Part shown: positions 59,435-64,000 of the stretch, in pieces
Layout of the letters: the number at the start of each line of letters is the position of its first letter
Numbering within the stretch: the first letter of the stretch is position 1
Assembly: GCA_018240245.1 (NCBI GenBank)
Contig: JAFEGD010000122.1
Location: 1,901 to 65,900 of the forward strand
DNA: 64,000 bases
Direction of reading: 5' to 3'
From: Spirochaetota bacterium
GTDB lineage: Bacteria > Spirochaetota > Leptospiria > Turneriellales > Turneriellaceae
Made by a program: the position numbers and the translations under genes
Notes under the pieces: model-generated
What the model was told of the DNA's origin: nothing
The model's database searches: none
What the model saw: only the letters and a program-made list of their open reading frames with translations

Positions 59435-59584
59435 ATAAGCAACAGCACGTCAACAAAAATGAACTTTTGTTCAAGTTCGTGTTTTGTAAGCACCCTGAGC
59501 TGTTGTACGCAAATTCTCTGGCGAAATACGCAACATGTGATAAAAAAAGCTACGGCGTTTATTTTTCTTTACATTTTTCAACCG

Positions 59585-60283
59585 TTACTCGTAAAAATGA
59601 TTCACGAAAGCAGTTTTCCTCTTTTCGAGCATCTTCTCTAACTGTTCGAAATGCATTTCTGTTGCCGCGAACCATTCGGCGGGGATTTCACGCAACACCG
59701 CAAGATAGTCGAACGCGATCAGCTTCGCCAGCGACTCGCTTTCGCGTACAGGCAGATGCGCGAACAGATGATTCTTTGGCAATTCGAGCGGCAAGTCGGT
59801 CGGTTGCGTTGTAATAAATTGGCAACTGCCGTGGTCGATGAGCCATATTCGCCGATTGCGATCGATCAAAAAATTCTGGCTGAGCTCGGTGCGATCGAAA
59901 TTGCGAAAAAAACTATCGAGTGCCAGCATTTCTTCAAACGCTCGAGCATCCTCCGCAAGGGGAGCTATAGCGGTCAATGCCTCGGCGTTCGCAATAAATT
60001 CAATTCCCAAATTTGTGCCAAAACTTTTTTGCAAGATGTCGTCGAATTCGTCGGTGCCGAATCGCCAAGGATACCCGTGCGGAATGTCGATGACCTGCGC
60101 GTCGGGCACCGAGAAACCCAAGAGCGCCGCTGTTCTATTCACGATAAACTCTTGCATGAGACTCTGCGCGCCGTTGCCCGCGCCGCGCATTTTCAAAACG
60201 TATTGTTTCTCGTCGCTCGTGCGTATTCGCGTCGGAAACGAACTACCGCGATATTGCAATTCAAACTCGGCTAATGTGAGCAT
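59585..60283 (-). CDS. HipA-family/PI3-4-kinase-fold small kinase (the type usually paired with a DUF3037 protein)
   Basis: YVLKMRGAGNGAQSLMQEFIVNRTAALLGFSVPD matches the K(F)RGAGQG..AL.aE.i...la..lGL.vP pattern. A catalytic-loop-like NFLIDRNRRIWLIDHGSC follows. Confidence 0.65.
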   Translation of the reverse strand: MLTLAEFELQYRGSSFPTRIRTSDEKQYVLKMRGAGNGAQSLMQEFIVNRTAALLGFSVPDAQVIDIPHGYPWRFGTDEFDDILQKSFGTNLGIEFIANAEALTAIAPLAEDARAFEEMLALDSFFRNFDRTELSQNFLIDRNRRIWLIDHGSCQFITTQPTDLPLELPKNHLFAHLPVRESESLAKLIAFDYLAVLREIPAEWFAATEMHFEQLEKMLEKRKTAFVNHFYE

Positions 60284-60290
60284 GCCCCGC

Positions 60291-62531
60291 TCACACGCGC
60301 TTCAACTGCGTAAATTTCAACAGAAATTTGCGCGTCTTGCCGTCGTCGAAAAAAATATGAATGCGCGCCGCATCGCCGTCGCCTTCGACTTTGAGCACAC
60401 GCCCGCGCCCGAAATTGCCGTGTTCGATTTTCTCCCCGTTGGCGAAGGCGCCGCCCTTGGCTTGCGGATGGATTGTCGAACCAAAATCTGTTCTCGTGGG
60501 TTGAGCAGGCGTTTGCGCTTTGGGCGCGCGCGGAATAAAAGATTGCCGCACCGCACTCAGAGTGTGGCGACCCATCGAATAACTTTTCTCGAGGCGCACC
60601 AACCCTTCGGGAATTTCCGAAAAAAACGGCGAGACGCGCGCGGCTTCGTAAAAGCCCTGCGCCATGCGCCGTTCGGCAGCGGTGAAAAATAACCGCGTTT
60701 TCGCGCGCGTGACTGCGACGTAGAAGAGGCGTCGCTCTTCGCTGATATCGCCATCGCGCTCGGCTAAAAAATGTGGAAATAGATTTTTCTCGAAACCCGC
60801 AATAATCACGGTTTGAAACTCTAACCCCTTCGCGTTGTGAACCGTCATGAGGCTCACCGCGCCCGTTGCCGCATCTTTTTCTTCAGACTCGGTGTTCGTG
60901 ATGAGCGAGATTTGTTGCAAATATTCGCCGAGGTTGGCGTTTTCGCTCGTGCGTTGGTACGTTAAGAGCGAATTGCGCAGCTCGCCGACATACTCCATGC
61001 GGCCCGTTTGCAAAAGGCGATCTTCTTCTTCGTACATTTTTGCGAGCCCCGATTTTTCTAAAAGTTCGTCGAGGAAAAATCCCAAATCGATCTTGTCTGT
61101 CGCCTTCTTTCTAAATCCCAATAGGTCTTTGGCGAAGCTTGCCGCCGCGTCGCGAGTTTTGCCAGAGAGGGGATTACCCTCTTTACTCGATAGTAAACCC
61201 AGAAAGTCGCTTTCGCTGCGCTCGGTACGCGCGCTAAAAATTTTTTCTAGCGACTTATCGCCGATGCCGCGCGCGGGGTTATTGATCGCGCGCGCAAACG
61301 CCGCCTCGTCGCTGCCGTTGACGATGAGGCGCAGGTACGCTAAGATATCTTTGATTTCTTTGCGCGCAAAGAACGACAGCCCGCCGTAGACACGATACGG
61401 AATTTTGGCTTGTAGCATCGCTTCTTCGATGAGACGCGATTGCGAATTGGTGCGGTAGAGCACGGCGATTTCTTGGGGTGCGGTATCTCTGAGCGCATTC
61501 TGCACGAGCGACACCACCTTCGCCGCTTCTTGCACATCGTCGCCCAACGTATAAAGAACCGGCGTCTCGCCGCCTGCGCGCTGGGTAAAAAGTTTTTTCG
61601 CCATGCGCTCGAAATTATTTTCGATAACGGCATTCGCAATATCGAGAATTATTTTTGTCGAACGATAATTTTCTTCGAGTTTGATGACTGCGGCGTCTTT
61701 GAAATCGGTTGCGAAATCGAGAATGTTTTTAACGTCGGCGCCGCGCCAGCCATAGATTGCTTGGTCGTCGTCGCCGACAACGCACAAGTTGCGATCGCGT
61801 GCGGCGACGTGCTGCACAAAACGATATTGCGCATAGTTCGTGTCTTGGTATTCGTCGATGAGCCAATAGGGGTAGCGATTTTGCCAGCGCTCTAACAGTT
61901 CAGGGTTCTTATCGAACAAGTGGCAGGGGAGCGAGATGAGATCGGCAAAATCGACGGCAAACGACGCACTTTTTTTCACTTCGTAGAGTCGATAGATTTC
62001 GGGTAAAATGTCGCCGAACTCGTATTCATCCAAATCGATCTCTTCGGCGAGGTTTTGCGGCGTCACCAGTTTATCCTTAAAAGAAGAAATCGTATTCGCA
62101 AAATAGCGATATTGCGTCTTCGTGTACTTGCCTTCGAATTTTTCAAGAATCTGCGACAACGCCTGTTGCTGGTCGCTGTCGTCCCAAATTGAAAAATTTT
62201 CGGGATATTCGAGCGCCTGCGCGTTGCGGCGCAAAAGATAAAGCCCGAGCGAATGAAAGGTGCGCACCGTGCATTCGGCACCAATCGGGCCTGCGGTATG
62301 CAAGAGCCGCTCGCGCATCTCGCCCGCCGCTTTGTTCGTAAACGTCACCGCCGCGAGTTTATATGCGGGCACTTTTTCGACATGAATGAGATACGCCATG
62401 CGGTGAATAATCGTGCGCGTCTTACCCGAACCTGCGCCTGCGAGTATCAAGAGCGGGCCTTCAGTCGTTTGCACCGCTTGCTGCTGCGGGGGATTGAGCT
62501 TTGCGAGAATGGTTTCTTTCCAATCAGACAT
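60291..62531 (-). CDS. uvrD: ATP-dependent DNA helicase UvrD/PcrA
   Basis: SF1 motifs: I AGAGSGKTRTI, II LIDEYQDTN, III VVGDDDQAIYGWRGA, V-VI TVHNAKGLEF ... YVAVTRAK. C-terminal Tudor-like tail. Confidence 0.92.
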   Translation of the reverse strand: MSDWKETILAKLNPPQQQAVQTTEGPLLILAGAGSGKTRTIIHRMAYLIHVEKVPAYKLAAVTFTNKAAGEMRERLLHTAGPIGAECTVRTFHSLGLYLLRRNAQALEYPENFSIWDDSDQQQALSQILEKFEGKYTKTQYRYFANTISSFKDKLVTPQNLAEEIDLDEYEFGDILPEIYRLYEVKKSASFAVDFADLISLPCHLFDKNPELLERWQNRYPYWLIDEYQDTNYAQYRFVQHVAARDRNLCVVGDDDQAIYGWRGADVKNILDFATDFKDAAVIKLEENYRSTKIILDIANAVIENNFERMAKKLFTQRAGGETPVLYTLGDDVQEAAKVVSLVQNALRDTAPQEIAVLYRTNSQSRLIEEAMLQAKIPYRVYGGLSFFARKEIKDILAYLRLIVNGSDEAAFARAINNPARGIGDKSLEKIFSARTERSESDFLGLLSSKEGNPLSGKTRDAAASFAKDLLGFRKKATDKIDLGFFLDELLEKSGLAKMYEEEDRLLQTGRMEYVGELRNSLLTYQRTSENANLGEYLQQISLITNTESEEKDAATGAVSLMTVHNAKGLEFQTVIIAGFEKNLFPHFLAERDGDISEERRLFYVAVTRAKTRLFFTAAERRMAQGFYEAARVSPFFSEIPEGLVRLEKSYSMGRHTLSAVRQSFIPRAPKAQTPAQPTRTDFGSTIHPQAKGGAFANGEKIEHGNFGRGRVLKVEGDGDAARIHIFFDDGKTRKFLLKFTQLKRV

Positions 62532-62565
62532 ATTCAGGTTCTACGCAGAATTTGCATCGGCCGAG

Positions 62566-63762
62566 TTAATCTTGCGCGTCGATTTGCATTATAGTTTTTT
62601 TCATCGAGTTGTGAATCGTTTTTTGATTTTGCGAACGGCGATATTGCAGCGGTGTCATTTGCATCGCTTTGAAAAATACCGAATTAAAATTCGATTTGGT
62701 ACCGAAACCCGAGGCGAATGCCACCTCGATCACGGTAATTTCTGGGCTCTCGCGCAACATCCGTTTGGCCTCGGCGACGCGATATTCGTTCATGAGCACC
62801 GAAAAATTCTTTTGTAAGTGGCCGTTGATATATTCGGAAAGCTGGTGCGGCGTTAGCCGTAAAAGTTGCGCAAGTTTTTTTAACGAAAAACGATCGTCTA
62901 ACCAGACTCTTTCCTCGCTTAACAAGATTGTTAAGTCTTTTGCAATCCGCTCTGTATCGATACCGCGCAGTTGCGAATTGAAATATTTTTCGTGCCGCGC
63001 TTCTTCTTGCAACGGCAAGAAAAATTCGGGATAGCGAATCGAAGCGACGTAGCCGAAGACGACACTGAGCGCAATCAGCGTGCAGCTCACGCTCAACAGG
63101 TCGATGCTGTGTAGAAAAATACTCGCTAAGGCAATTGTCGGCGTCACTATCGAACCCACCACAAAAATAATAATATAAAGCCGTATCCCTGATAGTTCGG
63201 CGCGCGGTAGGCGAAATACGAAGCGCACCGCATAGGCGCTATAGAGATAATAACCGATATTGAAAACAAACGCGAGCATTGCCAACAGATCGTGAACGTC
63301 GTAAGATTTTATCGAAAAATTTTCACGCAGCTCGGCGATCGACAAGTGCCGTTCGGGATAAAGTGGCGAGGCAACATAAAATAGACAGAGAACGGCGGGA
63401 AGCCACTGTAGAACGATGACCGGCAGAGGGACATCCTCGTCGGGGAGTAGCGAAAATTTCAAGAAGTAATGAATCGCCGGCCCGAGCGTAAACAATACCG
63501 GCAAGTGCCAGTGCAGCCACGCCGGTTGCGGAAACACCGTTCGGTCGACCAGCGTACCCGCAAAGTAGAGAATATAGCCGAGCGACGCGAGCGTTAATAA
63601 TAAATAACGGTGGCGCGGTGTGTGACGACCCAAAGACGCGCGTGCAATAAGTTGCAAGAGCGCGAGCAATGCACAAAAGATGAAGAAATAGCCGAGCACG
63701 TATCGAGTTTTGGCGCGGTATTTTGTCGGTAAACCGTAAAAAGTGGATTGCTCGCGGTGCAA
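62566..63762 (-). CDS. AraC-family transcriptional regulator with an N-terminal multi-TM sensor-like domain
   Basis: About 7 hydrophobic helices in the first 260 aa. C-terminal HTH_18: LKKLAQLLRLTPHQLSEYIN...ITVIEVAFASGFGTKSNFNSVFFKAMQMTPLQYRR. Confidence 0.85.
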   Translation of the reverse strand: MHREQSTFYGLPTKYRAKTRYVLGYFFIFCALLALLQLIARASLGRHTPRHRYLLLTLASLGYILYFAGTLVDRTVFPQPAWLHWHLPVLFTLGPAIHYFLKFSLLPDEDVPLPVIVLQWLPAVLCLFYVASPLYPERHLSIAELRENFSIKSYDVHDLLAMLAFVFNIGYYLYSAYAVRFVFRLPRAELSGIRLYIIIFVVGSIVTPTIALASIFLHSIDLLSVSCTLIALSVVFGYVASIRYPEFFLPLQEEARHEKYFNSQLRGIDTERIAKDLTILLSEERVWLDDRFSLKKLAQLLRLTPHQLSEYINGHLQKNFSVLMNEYRVAEAKRMLRESPEITVIEVAFASGFGTKSNFNSVFFKAMQMTPLQYRRSQNQKTIHNSMKKTIMQIDAQD

Positions 63763-63797
63763 TGGCGGGGTGCGTTATTAAAAATTGCGCTTTTGAA

Positions 63798-63819
63798 GAC
63801 CATTTTTATAAAAATGGTC
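63798..63819. promoter_or_regulatory. 22-bp perfect palindrome GACCATTTTTATAAAAATGGTC in a divergent intergenic region (candidate operator)
   Basis: Lies 36 nt upstream of the AraC-family gene start and ~100 nt upstream of the next + strand gene. Confidence 0.35.
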
Positions 63820-63920
63820 GATTTTCAAGAAAATTCACGGTAAACACCGGCTATGGAATTCCACAGCTGCGCTTGCGCTTGCACAGTGGGGGGCCAAATT
63901 CTATTTTTGAGGAGTTAAAC

Positions 63921-64000
63921 ATGAGTACAATCGCTACAACAGAAAGAACAGCTAAGGATTTCAGCCGGTCGGGCGCAACTGTCCACAACGGGCGCTATAC
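63921..64000 (+). CDS. 5' end of an unidentified CDS running off the window
   Basis: The ATG is preceded by GAGGAG (7 nt spacing) and the frame stays open to the window end (MSTIATTERTAKDFSRSGATVHNGRY...). Confidence 0.4.
   Translation, partial: MSTIATTERTAKDFSRSGATVHNGRY

Overview
A 64-kb chromosomal window, gene-dense (about 60 CDS and 2 tRNAs), with mostly short intergenic gaps. I recognised no rRNA, CRISPR array, transposase or integrase. Spirochaete-type lipoboxes (e.g. LTAHCS, AVNCS, LASCAS) and DUF1554-like and DUF1564-like proteins suggest a mid-GC member of the Leptospiraceae, possibly Turneriella- or Leptonema-like. That assignment is inference only.

Housekeeping genes: upp, lpxK, yicC, a remA-like gene, ruvC, gpmA, ccmF, gcvT, a tatD-family gene, serS, carA, uvrD/pcrA, tRNA-Cys(GCA) and tRNA-Leu(UAA). 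These are interleaved with many predicted lipoproteins and outer-membrane proteins.

Larger blocks:
- A seven-gene minus-strand fatty-acid/beta-oxidation-type operon at 49.7-59.4 kb.
- A NitT/TauT-type ABC transporter translationally coupled to nnrS at 45.8-49.7 kb.

Most interesting locus: a compact minus-strand operon at 35373-38205. It encodes an 87-aa, Sec-signal-bearing, Lys-rich precursor with six Cys, a single polypeptide fusing a DUF692 (MNIO, MbnB/BufB-like) enzyme to a DUF2063 partner domain, and an uncharacterised polytopic membrane protein. This looks like a bufferin-like RiPP metallophore gene cluster with an unusual architecture.

Other oddities:
- Long perfect palindromes with GC-RAA-GC apices flank tRNA-Cys, and a third sits between two operon genes.
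- A seven-blade FG-GAP lipoprotein is co-operonic with a DUF1554-like lipoprotein.
- A DUF2339 membrane protein is fused to a large C-terminal domain.
- Two near-consensus promoters are placed so close to start codons that leaderless mRNAs are implied.

All family assignments come from motif recognition by eye and need HMM or BLAST confirmation.
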